Part shown: piece after piece, positions 37,401-46,675 of the stretch
How the letters are laid out: each line of letters begins with the position of its first letter
How positions within the stretch are numbered: the first letter of the stretch is position 1
DNA from: Oligoflexales bacterium
GTDB taxonomy: Bacteria; Bdellovibrionota_B; Oligoflexia; Oligoflexales; JAPPIL01
Reading direction: 5' to 3'
Length of the DNA: 64,000 bases
Assembly (NCBI GenBank): GCA_965215515.1
Contig: OZ244057.1
Location: 2,082,472 to 2,146,471 of the forward strand
Position numbers and translations under genes: made by a program
Notes under the pieces: generated by a model
Databases searched by the model: none
What the model was told of the DNA's origin: nothing
What the model saw: only the letters and a program-made list of their open reading frames with translations

Positions 37401-37953
37401 CGACGTGAAATTGGTTGAGATAAAACTCCATAATCTGTCGTTTGTCATACATACGTTCAAGCTGCAGGGCGGCGATAATCTCACGAAACTTGCGGGCAAA
37501 AGAACGCTCCCAACGACCGAGAATGTTTTTCACCGTCTGCTGAGTAATGGTCGAACCACCCCGCCGAAACCGCCCCTGCTCTACTCCTTCAACAAAAGCC
37601 TTAACAATAGCAATAGGATCAACACCGCGGTGATGGTAAAAATTTTTGTCCTCGGAGGCAATGATCGAGTTGATAACGTAAGCAGGCACATCACTGATCG
37701 ACACATAACGACGATGCAGACCTGCAAAAAAACTACCGATAGGACGCTTGCCATCAGCAAAGTAAATAGTGGTCTCTTCGTTCATGCGTGCCAGAATAGT
37801 GGACTTCTGCAACTCACCAGTATCGCCGACCCGCACCTGCACCCAGATGACCACACCCATACCAACGACGGCGAAAAAACCCGCTACCCCGAGAAGAAAA
37901 ATCGCCACACAGAGTTTAGTTAAAACACGCCCCAGAGCAGCAACCACAACCAC
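34456..37953 (-). CDS. Large bifunctional class A PBP (PBP1A-like)
   Basis: SEDKNFYHHRGVD, GGSTITQQT, RQPGSVFK (SxxK), SEN (SxN) and GKTGTT. Confidence 0.92.
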   Translation of the reverse strand: MVVVAALGRVLTKLCVAIFLLGVAGFFAVVGMGVVIWVQVRVGDTGELQKSTILARMNEETTIYFADGKRPIGSFFAGLHRRYVSISDVPAYVINSIIASEDKNFYHHRGVDPIAIVKAFVEGVEQGRFRRGGSTITQQTVKNILGRWERSFARKFREIIAALQLERMYDKRQIMEFYLNQFHVAANGNGIGIAARYYFNKEVQELNLIEAAFIAGSVKGPSKYNPFIKYTKEARQQARTHAFERKNYVLRRMYEQGWIAQQEFEEALRKPIPYRRGKFRSGEVSLVSTIRKQFRHRELLDALGLDNASQLSHAGLRIVTTIDSTLQETAQLAMRRNLSRVETILQGFRAEDKSRFKPLRRLEVEQFCYGRVVEVVNKKDEEEVRLDFGLAKGTIPRASLVRYARLLDLPEGHKEGYHFYLRQLLRTVQQGDVLFVEVKSYDDDTHEAVVELHKYPRINGGLIAIDRGNVRAVVSGFNTIGFNRALAAKRQPGSVFKAVVYYAALQLGWRVLDQLDNERQIFPYQGGFYAPRPDHPSPYQDVSMLWAGIMSENLASVSLVYNLVSKLNFKQFKQLMTFLDLMPEPGEPMKTYHRRVMKALGVRLEPNGIKMFQLDNAIRDLAPDLVFAEQEGVRRRLQKIWWGEDYQRGWAELFSEENEAMSVRERKRRIDLLANNLTRFNEAAEALREDWQEITSAVAAAGGGAVRDAAAFRERLARFRVLSSRGARPNLGYYLPLHIENYAHDETTAEELEYYRRVDGRRLQRQDVLAIWGGGDPTRSPAGITLRDVRLDGYLARHWLEKLNAAVENNYQKVMAQESRYDLYRYYQHRDFRIAVGLNYLLALSKSMGVVSPLEPVLSYPLGTNDVTTAEVSKIYQTFIEGRTYRFYENGPDNQLNFIQRIEDRTGTVLYEAEPTVTMISSRSNSDQMREILSKVVTHGTGRRARGELYLLLDREEEGGAEASSKKRKLYVRVPAFGKTGTTNDFTTSYFAGFFPYPTRQHKPLDPANSYVISAYLGYDLNETMRRGRIRVYGGVGALPLWTDFAKGIIAKKNYRGYLDRLDLDILAKKEWPYVRNRKLVAVKVDLPRGLILRSARKGDIERYDTTDIARTGETYRSEFELGSSVRSLMYIPAGVKRRARYSKRRFDPFTRVKLSQEKTVNNGS

Positions 37954-37959
37954 AAACCA

Positions 37960-38379
37960 CTAGGAAGAAGGTTGGCGGTGATCCCCCTCACGAGGTGGGG
38001 GATTATCCTGCTCGTGGTGGTCGCGAGACGGCGGCGGGGTGGCTCGTTTCTTGCGTAAACCCGCCCGCTTCAAATCATCAGGAAAACTGGATTGGAACGA
38101 GTACTCCCGCACCGTTTTGTCTTTGTTCCAAAAAAACTTAAGCTCTTTGACATAACTACGCCCTACGATACGGTAGTGGTAAAGACCATAACTCCAAGCC
38201 TGCACACCGCTGGAACTGCCTACCATAAAAGGCGTGCCTAGCACCATGAGTACATCCTGCTGGCTAGTCTCCCCCTTCTTAACCCAGCTGAGATCGGCAG
38301 GAAAGTTGCGTCCCTTGGTGACACAGGCCACAGCAACGACCAGCAACGATATCAACAGTGAGACACTAGGCTTGCCCAT
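37960..38379 (-). CDS. BamE/SmpA-like lipoprotein
   Basis: Lipobox AVAC; VKKGETSQQDVLMVLGTP...WSY fold signature. Confidence 0.65.
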   Translation of the reverse strand: MGKPSVSLLISLLVVAVACVTKGRNFPADLSWVKKGETSQQDVLMVLGTPFMVGSSSGVQAWSYGLYHYRIVGRSYVKELKFFWNKDKTVREYSFQSSFPDDLKRAGLRKKRATPPPSRDHHEQDNPPPREGDHRQPSS

Positions 38380-38428
38380 CACTATCCCCAAGCGTCAAGT
38401 ACACCACACGAGACTAGCCACCTACCGA

Positions 38429-39319
38429 CTACAGGTGTAGCTGCCGAATAGTCGGTCCCGCCTCAGGTGCTGCTTCCTGCACCTCCCCCCGCGGCCGCGT
38501 GCGCAGAGTATCCTGCAATTGGAAACCGATCAAGGCCTTAGGTACCCAAAACAGTGCGGCCAGCTCGGTAATCATGTTGCGCCGCGCATCCAGCTCGCTC
38601 AACTCTCGCCGCAGCATGTGACGTGGGGCGAGCATTTCCAATGCAAACAAACACTGCTCAAACTTGGCCAAATCATCATCGATGCTGCCCAGCTCAGGAA
38701 AACGTCCCCGCTCACTCTGCAACAACACCCTCGCCAAATCCGCCACCACACTCATGCGTGTCTGTGCTTTAAGATCTCCTTTCTTAAACTGGATGCAGTA
38801 TTGGCCTGGCTTGGTACGCAAAATACGGCTCAAGCGATCGACGACACCCGCTGACTGTGCACTGACAAAAGAAAAAAAACGCAGTACCTCTGGCAAATAT
38901 AGCGGCGGCACAACAAAGCCACACTGCTTATGCAAAGCCGCCACGAAAGCACTGCAACGCTGGCGCACCTCCTGAACACGCGGCTCAGCGATAGCCGCCA
39001 CCTCTTGGAAACAATCACGATAGCTACGCGCCTGATTGTATTCATAAATCGCCTCATCAAGGCCGACACTGCCACTCACAATGTCATATACCAAGGCAAC
39101 CTCAATCTTCAGCGTCGCGGCCAACTTCTCCAATGCGAACACCGAACGCACGTTTTTCTTGCCACGCTTCCAGTGACTACAATCAGAAGGATTAAAGCCA
39201 AGAATCGCTCCTACCTCTTGATCATGCACCTTGTACTGCTTTCTTTGTCCGAGCACCTTCTGACAGAACTTGAACAGCTGTGCAGAGTGTGTAAACTTGG
39301 CAACTTTGGCAATCTTCAT
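38429..39319 (-). CDS. XRE-type HTH + ImmA/IrrE-like domain protein lacking HExxH
   Basis: N-terminal DQEVGAILGFNPSDCSHWKRGKK HTH; the C-terminal part has RMSVVADLARVLL, LFALEMLAP and LAALFWVP. Confidence 0.55.
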   Translation of the reverse strand: MKIAKVAKFTHSAQLFKFCQKVLGQRKQYKVHDQEVGAILGFNPSDCSHWKRGKKNVRSVFALEKLAATLKIEVALVYDIVSGSVGLDEAIYEYNQARSYRDCFQEVAAIAEPRVQEVRQRCSAFVAALHKQCGFVVPPLYLPEVLRFFSFVSAQSAGVVDRLSRILRTKPGQYCIQFKKGDLKAQTRMSVVADLARVLLQSERGRFPELGSIDDDLAKFEQCLFALEMLAPRHMLRRELSELDARRNMITELAALFWVPKALIGFQLQDTLRTRPRGEVQEAAPEAGPTIRQLHL

Positions 39320-39404
39320 CTCCCTCCCCCATACCAAGGCGGATCAGGCACAGAAAAACAAAAAGCCCCCGCCCTCACCAGATAAACACATGCCATTTAC
39401 TTCA

Positions 39405-39451
39405 ATTTTAACTTCACCAAAAACTAGCGTCAAGTTATCACGCTAGTTTTT
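39405..39451 (-). promoter_or_regulatory. Sigma70-like promoter with -35 inside a perfect 12-bp inverted repeat
   Basis: Minus strand TTGACG (39428-39433), 17 nt, TAAAAT (39405-39410); palindrome aaaaactagcgt-N9-acgctagttttt (39419-39451). Confidence 0.7.
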
Positions 39452-39535
39452 TTAAACATAACTACCGTTTTAGAAATTTTTGAAAAAATGATATTAGTTT
39501 CGGAAGGCTACGCTGCTTTTTTAAAAAAATAAAAA

Positions 39536-40012
39536 TTATCTTCGCTTTGCTCCCAGCATCGCTTCACCGAGTGTGAAGCCAGTGAGTAGTTTGAAGAGAA
39601 TAAAGTAAGCACTCATCAGTACGGCACTGACGAGGGCGACCTCATGGGCTGCGAAGCGTTCGCTGAGGGCAAACAAGACATCAGCAGGCACTGGCAGAGT
39701 GCTGGTTGTTGCATAGTGTGCGGCAGTAGTGGCCATCAGCAGTGAGGCGATGATAATCAGCAGGTCGCAGCACCATGCGAGTACGCTGCGCACGAAGCCA
39801 AAACGCACCTTGGGCACAGTGGGTTTGGGCATTGTCTTGGTGGTGAGGGTGGGTTGTGGCGCAGGGGAAGGACGAGAAGTGCGCCCTTGTTTTTTGTTGT
39901 TAACAAGGCGACCGAGACCGATACCCGCGGACAGAGCTTCGATGGCACTTGCATCAAGCCTGTGGCTTTGTACTTCAGCTTGGGTGATGTTGTTATTTGT
40001 TTCTGTCTCCAC
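39536..40012 (-). CDS. RDD-like membrane protein (short)
   Basis: RSVLAWCCDLLII ... YFILF...GFTLGE; Pro/Thr-rich N-terminus. Confidence 0.6.
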   Translation of the reverse strand: METETNNNITQAEVQSHRLDASAIEALSAGIGLGRLVNNKKQGRTSRPSPAPQPTLTTKTMPKPTVPKVRFGFVRSVLAWCCDLLIIIASLLMATTAAHYATTSTLPVPADVLFALSERFAAHEVALVSAVLMSAYFILFKLLTGFTLGEAMLGAKRR

Positions 40013-40076
40013 GTTTGCTATTATAGTGGCATGCGACCAATGGAAGCAAGTATGCTTTTCTTGTTAAAAAGCAAAT

Positions 40077-41018
40077 TCAGATTTTGTTCTGCCAGGTATG
40101 TTTGAGTTTTAGCAGCGCTTTGTTACGCAGGTCATGCGGTTTGATACGGGTTATTTCCTGTCGCAATGTGGCGGGGAAGTTGCCGAGAAATTCCATTTCA
40201 TACTGCAACCAGACTGCAAATTTTTGGTACACCGCCTCCCGCATTTTGAGGCTGAGTGCGATTATATCTGTGCTCGTCCCGCCGACATTGAAGATAAAGT
40301 TAGCGTGCTGCGGACTGATAAACACGTGCTTTTGGTTTAGTTGTTGTACTTTTGCTGCATCGAGCAACAATCCGCTGGGCACACCTGCTTCGTAGTTATT
40401 TTTAAACACACAGCCACACGAGGGGTGTAGGAATTGCCCCTTGCGCATGCGGTCACTTTCTATTGCAATCATTTGTGCCGCGATTTTGTCTCTATCGCCT
40501 TTGTGTAGCTGCAATGTCACTGTGGCCACAACTTCTTTGTTGTACATAAAAAGTGTGTCTTTGTAGCCGCGAAAAATTTCTTGTGGTTTTGTATAGATGT
40601 GCATTCTTCCAGTGTGTGTAACGGTGGTCACACTGTGTACCAGTTGGCTGATTTCACCTCCGTAGCAGCGGGCGTTCATGCGCACTGTCGCACCGATTTG
40701 GCCAGGCAGGGCGGTCATCCACTCTGCTCCTGTCAGGCTATGTGCATGGCAGTAGGCAACAAAGACACGGTTTTCGACTCCCGCATGGCAGGTGACCAGT
40801 GTATTTTGGTGTTTTATGTTATTCATGGCATGCATGGCAAGCACCGTTCCTGGCCAGTGTTCGTCGCTGAGCAGTGAGTTTGTGCCGCTTCCCAAGACGA
40901 AGTAGGGTGCGTGTTTTACTGCGCACAGTGCGTCTTGCAGTGCGGGAAGCGAGGCGGGTGTAAGCAGGGCATCGCAGGTGCCGCCTGTTTTGAAGTAGGT
41001 GAGCGTGTTGAGTTGCAA
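40077..41018 (-). CDS. murB: UDP-N-acetylenolpyruvoylglucosamine reductase
   Basis: FKTGG, VLGSGTNSL, PGQIGATVRMNA, PSCGCVFKN, HANFIFN and LQYE. Confidence 0.93.
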   Translation of the reverse strand: MQLNTLTYFKTGGTCDALLTPASLPALQDALCAVKHAPYFVLGSGTNSLLSDEHWPGTVLAMHAMNNIKHQNTLVTCHAGVENRVFVAYCHAHSLTGAEWMTALPGQIGATVRMNARCYGGEISQLVHSVTTVTHTGRMHIYTKPQEIFRGYKDTLFMYNKEVVATVTLQLHKGDRDKIAAQMIAIESDRMRKGQFLHPSCGCVFKNNYEAGVPSGLLLDAAKVQQLNQKHVFISPQHANFIFNVGGTSTDIIALSLKMREAVYQKFAVWLQYEMEFLGNFPATLRQEITRIKPHDLRNKALLKLKHTWQNKI

Positions 41019-41052
41019 GGTCGTGTGACTCTCCCTCTGCCCTCTCTCCCCT

Positions 41053-41937
41053 CTAGTCCCTTACTGTCGTAGCAATTGTTGCTCCGATAGCGGCGGGCGA
41101 AGCTGCAACTTTCACCCCCGCGGCTTGCAGTGCGTCTATTTTTTCCGCAGCACTGCCTTTACCTCCCGCGACGATCGCTCCCGCGTGCCCCATCACCTTA
41201 CCTCTAGGGGCGGTACGTCCTGCGATGAAGGCTGCAACGGGCTTGGTGATGTTTTCCTTGATGAAGTCTGCCGCGGCGATTTCAGCATCGCCGCCGATCT
41301 CGCCGATCAAGACGATGCCGTCAGTATCGGTATCTCGTTCGAACATCGTTAACAAATCGATAAATCCCGTGCCGATAATCGGGTCACCCCCGATGCCGAT
41401 GCAGGTCGATTGGCCGAGACCACAGTTACTCGTTTGCCACACCGCTTCGTAAGTAAGCGTGCCTGATTTGGAAATAATACCGATCTTGCCTTCCTTGTGT
41501 ACATGGCCAGGCATGATGCCCACCTTACACTTGCCTGGGGTAATGACTCCAGGGCAGTTGGGGCCGATCAGACGCGAGTTGCTCGCTTTAAGTGCGGCAC
41601 TGACCTTGAGCATATCGTGCACGGGGATGCCTTCCGTGATGCAGACAATCAGGCTGATTTCACTCGCGATCGCTTCCAAAATAGCGTCGGCAGCCAATGG
41701 CGGAGGGACGAAGACCAGCGAAACGTCAGCCGCGGTCGCCTCCTTCGCAGCGGCTACCGTGCCGAAAACAGGCAGTTCAGTGTCACCCACCTGCACTTTC
41801 TCACCGTGTTTAAAAGGGTTAACTCCCCCCACAAAACGCGGCGCATACTCGTGTGACAGGCGGGTGTGGAACAAACCCGATTTCCCCGTGATCCCCTGGG
41901 TAATAACCCTGCTGTGCTCATCGATCAGTATTGCCAT
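41053..41937 (-). CDS. sucD: Succinyl-CoA synthetase alpha subunit
   Basis: [33 protein letters not shown] and MGHAGA. Confidence 0.96.
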   Translation of the reverse strand: MAILIDEHSRVITQGITGKSGLFHTRLSHEYAPRFVGGVNPFKHGEKVQVGDTELPVFGTVAAAKEATAADVSLVFVPPPLAADAILEAIASEISLIVCITEGIPVHDMLKVSAALKASNSRLIGPNCPGVITPGKCKVGIMPGHVHKEGKIGIISKSGTLTYEAVWQTSNCGLGQSTCIGIGGDPIIGTGFIDLLTMFERDTDTDGIVLIGEIGGDAEIAAADFIKENITKPVAAFIAGRTAPRGKVMGHAGAIVAGGKGSAAEKIDALQAAGVKVAASPAAIGATIATTVRD

Positions 41938-42024
41938 GCGTACTCCTTGCTTCTTGGTTGGGGGACACCGTCCGTCTCAGCTCCTGACTATAATCACACA
42001 AAAAGCCGCGTTTAGCCACATTTC

Positions 42025-42933
42025 TTACGCGTGCAGGCGCACCAAGTCTTGGCAGATAACTCTGGGAATGCCGAGACTCCACAGCGAATCCAGTGCGACA
42101 TTGGCGATCGAAGCTCGCAGATCGAATTCCACGCGCCCACCCTTATGCTTTTTGTAGACAGGCTGGTGCGCATCGATAAGGGCTGTCTTGCCCGCACCGA
42201 TTTCTTTTTTCATAAAGTCAACGCTAGGTTGCACATTTTCAACATAGAAGAGGTAACGAGAACGCAGTGCTTCGCCTTCGTCGTCCTCGCGGCTACGTTG
42301 TTTCGCCCGTGACAACATCTCTTGTTTGCTGATGCTGAGATGCAGGAGTTTGATGATGGGGATGTTAGCTTTGGCGAAGTAGGACAGGAGGTGACGGGCG
42401 GCAGCCACTGTACGCGGATAGCCGTCCAGGATAAAGGTGCTGCTACGTATTTTTTCTGAAATTTCCAAGCGCGCTTCGATAAAGCACTGTGTCCAACGAT
42501 CTGGCACGAGCAAGCCGTTGAGGGTGCAGAACTCCAGCCAGTCGAGTTGTGAGATGCCGCGTGCTGCTCGTTTTTTGCCAAAATGCTCGATGAGGCCTGG
42601 CATGAAACGTTTCACCTTGTTGTTCAGAGAGCGGGAGGAATCGACACAGGCGAAGATGTCGGAATCGCCAGAAATCTGGTGGCGTTCCGCCAGTAGCTGT
42701 TCGTAATCACGATCTTGACGAGCATGATGGAAGGAGTAGCGCAGAATTTCCCCCATCGACAGGTGGTGTGAGATGGACAGCGCTTTGCTGAGGAAATCAG
42801 ACACCTCGCCTTTACCGCAGCTGGAGGGGCCTGTGAGGATCAGTGCACCTCTGTCCCTAAGCTTTATCTGCTCGACAACCACCGAAGATTTTTCCAACAG
42901 GAAACCATCCATCGTAAGGTTAAGGTAATGCAA
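42025..42933 (-). CDS. Nucleoside monophosphate kinase (adenylate kinase family), atypical
   Basis: P-loop GPSSCGKG, HLSMGEILR, GLLVPD, ILDGYPRT and a short LID REDD. Confidence 0.8.
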   Translation of the reverse strand: MHYLNLTMDGFLLEKSSVVVEQIKLRDRGALILTGPSSCGKGEVSDFLSKALSISHHLSMGEILRYSFHHARQDRDYEQLLAERHQISGDSDIFACVDSSRSLNNKVKRFMPGLIEHFGKKRAARGISQLDWLEFCTLNGLLVPDRWTQCFIEARLEISEKIRSSTFILDGYPRTVAAARHLLSYFAKANIPIIKLLHLSISKQEMLSRAKQRSREDDEGEALRSRYLFYVENVQPSVDFMKKEIGAGKTALIDAHQPVYKKHKGGRVEFDLRASIANVALDSLWSLGIPRVICQDLVRLHA

Positions 42934-42969
42934 ATGTAGCGCTCATTCAACCTCAGACTCGTGCAAGGG

Positions 42970-44019
42970 TTAGTTGTCCGCGGTGATAGCGGGTAATCCT
43001 TTATTGTCTAGTGTCATTTTCGCCCATCGGCTGACGCGGTGATCTGCATCTAGCGATGCGGCGCGCAGGTAGAGATCGCTCGTCTCGTCATTCCCCGCGA
43101 CCAGTGCCTCGATGATATGCAAACGTGCTCGTGGTGCTACGGTATGCAGTGCGTAGCGCATGACAAAACGTTCTGAGGGTTTGCTCCTGACGGTGAAACG
43201 CTTGAAGTAGTTGGCTACCAGAGAAGGAGACGCATCGCCCAGTGCTCTTATCACCGCGTCAACATCGACCTTCGTACCGAACATGACCAGCCCTGTCACC
43301 GCTTTCATGCGTGTCCACAGACGAGGATTGTTCAGTGCTTCCCACAAAATCGCATCGCTACCTGCTAGCCGCATAGAGGTGATGTCTTGCACCGTCTTGT
43401 ATTGTTGCCAAGCGAACTGATGGGTGATCCCGCTACGCCATACTTCCTCCTCTTGCTGCGACCAAGCACGTCCGAACTGCACTTCGCTTTCTGGCCGAGG
43501 GTTGGGTAAATACAGATAGGGGTTATCCGAAGCGATACTCGGCAGTTTCACCTTTTGTTCCACCTCTCCTTCGGGGGGAAAATCGCTGATAGCTGGCATT
43601 TCCGATTCTGGTGAATCTGCTGCTACTGGGTCGGTGGCAGAAACAGGAGGAGGAACAGGGACAGGAGGAGCAGGCGCGGTCGCGACGGGTGGTGCAACGA
43701 CAATCTCTTGTCCTCCCGCGGGGGGAGGAGGGGTGCTCTCATCTTCGCCCAAAGCGAGTGCTATTAGCTCTTGACCTTTGTCCTGCAGGAAGGCTAGTAT
43801 CTGGGCGGGGCTTTTGTTGTTGACGAACATCTCGTAGGCGAAATAACCACCGCCAGTCAGGGCTACAATGACAACCAGCGGTACGATGGCTTTACGGGCG
43901 CTAGAGCCGCCAGCCTCGTGCTGCATGGTGTTATAGGAGGAATCTGGAATAGCCGTTCCTGATGTCCCTGTTCCTGATGTCCCGTTGTCGAGTGTTCGTT
44001 CTTGGCGCGTGGTCTCCAT
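42970..44019 (-). CDS. Hypothetical membrane-anchored protein, Pro-rich linker, helical-repeat C-terminus
   Basis: One TM, PPPPAGG/PVPVPPP linker and HEAT-like helices. Confidence 0.6.
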   Translation of the reverse strand: METTRQERTLDNGTSGTGTSGTAIPDSSYNTMQHEAGGSSARKAIVPLVVIVALTGGGYFAYEMFVNNKSPAQILAFLQDKGQELIALALGEDESTPPPPAGGQEIVVAPPVATAPAPPVPVPPPVSATDPVAADSPESEMPAISDFPPEGEVEQKVKLPSIASDNPYLYLPNPRPESEVQFGRAWSQQEEEVWRSGITHQFAWQQYKTVQDITSMRLAGSDAILWEALNNPRLWTRMKAVTGLVMFGTKVDVDAVIRALGDASPSLVANYFKRFTVRSKPSERFVMRYALHTVAPRARLHIIEALVAGNDETSDLYLRAASLDADHRVSRWAKMTLDNKGLPAITADN

Positions 44020-44169
44020 AATCGACTCCGAAGCTCCCCAAGTGTGTTTTCGTGTTTTTTTTAAAATTGTTTAGTGAAAACACCCCTAGTGGGTTCGTAC
44101 TGGGCATTCGGGGGATACTAGAGGGTGTTAAAACGTCAGTTTCATCACTAGGTTAGGAAGGGTTAGACT

Positions 44170-46275
44170 ATGGCGGCGGACAGTTTGGCGCGGGTCAGGA
44201 ACATCGGTATTTCTGCTCATATCGACTCTGGGAAGACGACCTTGACGGAGCGGGTGCTCTACTACACTGGCATCATTCACAAGATTCAGGAGGTGCGAGG
44301 GGAGGGTAGTGGAGCGACGATGGATCATATGGAGTTGGAGAAGGAGCGAGGGATTACGATTACCTCCGCAGCCACGACGGTCGGTTGGAAGGATTGTGTC
44401 ATCAACATTATCGACACGCCAGGGCATGTCGATTTTACCATCGAGGTGGAGCGTTCTTTGCGGGTGTTAGACGGTGCGGTGTTGGTTTTGTGCGGGGTTT
44501 CGGGGGTGCAGAGCCAGTCTTTCACCGTCGATCGGCAGATGCGGCGTTATGGTGTGCCTTGTCTGGCCTTCATCAACAAACTCGATCGCTCGGGGGCTGA
44601 CCCGCGGCGAGTGATGGCGCAGTTACGGGAAAAACTCGGTCACAATGCTGTAGCGATGCAGATTCCTATCGGGCTTGAGGCTGACCACAAGGGTGAGGTT
44701 GACCTGATCGCCATGCGTGCCTACTACTTTGATGGCGAGCGGGGCGAGACGGTACGGGAGGAGGATATTCCCGCGGCATTGCATGACGAGGCACAGGCAG
44801 CTCGTGCTGCGCTGCTCGATGTGGTGTCGATGTTCAGCGACGAAATGACCGAGCTATTGCTGGAAGAGAAGGCAGTGCCTACCGAGCTTATCCACCGCAC
44901 GATTCGTGCTGCGGTGTTGGAACGCAAGCTTACCCCTGTGTTCGTGGGATCGGCCTACAAAAACAAAGGCGTGCAGTTGTTGCTCGACGCAGTCGATCGC
45001 TATTTGCCGAGTCCACATGATCGCCGCTACATCGCTACCGACAACGAGAAACGGGAGAAAGTCGAGATTTTCCCCGATGCGACCAAGCCGTTAGTAGCGA
45101 TGGCTTTCAAAATTACCGATGATTCCTACGGGCAACTCACCTATACACGGGTGTATCAGGGCACGCTCAAGCGTGGGGATACACATTTCAACCCGCGCCT
45201 AAACAAGAAGCAGCGCATCGGACGCTTGGTACGCATGCATTCCAACGAACGGCGGGAAATCGAGAAGGCCGAGGCAGGCGATATCGTGGCGATGGTCGGG
45301 GTGGATTGTGCTTCAGGTGATACTTACTGTGATCCCAACATCAATATTTCGATGGAAAAGATATATATCGCTGATCCTGTCATTGAATTAGCCATCAAAC
45401 CAGAGAAACAGGACGATCTGGTCAAGGTATCGAAGGCACTAAATCGCTTCATGAAAGAAGACCCTACCTTTCGGGTGACGATCGACAACGAATCGAACGA
45501 GACGATTATCAGGGGTATGGGCGAGTTGCATTTGGAGATTTACGTGCAGCGCATTCAACGCGAGTACAAGGCCGAGGTAATCGTAGGACAACCGAAGGTT
45601 AATTACCGCGAAGCTCCGACTGCAAGTGCCACGTTTGACTACAAACACAAAAAGCAAACGGGCGGGGCGGGACAATATGCTCATGTCGTCGGCAAGCTAC
45701 AAGTTCAGACTGCTGAACAGAAGGCAGAACACGGCGATAATCTCCTCTTCAACAACAACATCGTCGGCGGTCGTATTCCCAAAGAGTACATCCCTGGGGT
45801 GGAGAAGGGTTTCCGTGAATCGCTGGAGAAGGGGCCTCTGGCTGGGTTTCAGGTCATCGACGTGCAAGTCGATCTCGACGACGGTTCGTTCCACAACGTT
45901 GACTCTTCCGAGCTGGCTTTCAAAATTGCCGCACGTGCTGCCTTCAAGGAGGCGTTTATGCAGGCACGACCAGTGTTGCTTGAACCGATTATGAAGGTAG
46001 AAGTAGAGACCCCGACCGATTTTCAGGGGCCTGTACAGGGTGACCTCTCGTCGCGGCGTGGTATTTTGATGGGCAGCAACATGCGCGATGACTTCACCGT
46101 TATCGAAGCAGAAGTGCCGCTGGCAGAGATGTTCGGCTACTCGACGGACTTGCGCTCCAAAACACAGGGGAAAGCATCGTTCAGTATGGAGTTCAGCTGC
46201 TACAAGGCCGTTCCCCACGCAATTCAAGAACAATTAGCTAGCAAGTATCGGGAAGAACAGGCGAAAGGCAAGTAA
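44170..46275 (+). CDS. fusA: Elongation factor G (stand-alone)
   Basis: [30 protein letters not shown] and [10 protein letters not shown]; not next to rpsL/rpsG/tuf. Confidence 0.97.
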   Translation: MAADSLARVRNIGISAHIDSGKTTLTERVLYYTGIIHKIQEVRGEGSGATMDHMELEKERGITITSAATTVGWKDCVINIIDTPGHVDFTIEVERSLRVLDGAVLVLCGVSGVQSQSFTVDRQMRRYGVPCLAFINKLDRSGADPRRVMAQLREKLGHNAVAMQIPIGLEADHKGEVDLIAMRAYYFDGERGETVREEDIPAALHDEAQAARAALLDVVSMFSDEMTELLLEEKAVPTELIHRTIRAAVLERKLTPVFVGSAYKNKGVQLLLDAVDRYLPSPHDRRYIATDNEKREKVEIFPDATKPLVAMAFKITDDSYGQLTYTRVYQGTLKRGDTHFNPRLNKKQRIGRLVRMHSNERREIEKAEAGDIVAMVGVDCASGDTYCDPNINISMEKIYIADPVIELAIKPEKQDDLVKVSKALNRFMKEDPTFRVTIDNESNETIIRGMGELHLEIYVQRIQREYKAEVIVGQPKVNYREAPTASATFDYKHKKQTGGAGQYAHVVGKLQVQTAEQKAEHGDNLLFNNNIVGGRIPKEYIPGVEKGFRESLEKGPLAGFQVIDVQVDLDDGSFHNVDSSELAFKIAARAAFKEAFMQARPVLLEPIMKVEVETPTDFQGPVQGDLSSRRGILMGSNMRDDFTVIEAEVPLAEMFGYSTDLRSKTQGKASFSMEFSCYKAVPHAIQEQLASKYREEQAKGK

Positions 46276-46435
46276 GTCGGGATGATGTTGCACGCTAAAA
46301 ACAATCGAGGTTAGAAACATTGCGATTGTACCACGAAATAAAAACTTATCAAGAAGCTTCCTTGATCCGTTCTGGTGGTTGGTAAGTGCAAAAAACAATG
46401 GAGAAGAAAAAGTAGATCACGCTCCTGTATCTCCT

Positions 46436-46472
46436 AGAAGAACTTACTGGTCGGCACGGAGCTGGTATAATG
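46436..46472 (+). promoter_or_regulatory. 37-bp dispersed repeat with promoter signature, copy 1
   Basis: agaagaacttactggtcggcacggagctggtataatg; 35/37 identical to 58233-58269; contains TG-n-TATAAT. Confidence 0.6.
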
Positions 46473-46675
46473 TCAAACCACCCCAATCCTCCGAACCCAC
46501 GGCAATAGGCACGCGTTTTTTGTTTGTATCCGAGAAGCGTTCCTCCTCTTGCTTTTCTCATCACACCGTGCTACCATGCCCGTTTAACAGTGATTGGCGG
46601 GGCATGTATAGGTAGGTTATTCAGGCTGGGGACAGCCTGGGGGTGGTCTTTGTTCTGATTCTGGGGGAGACGGTT

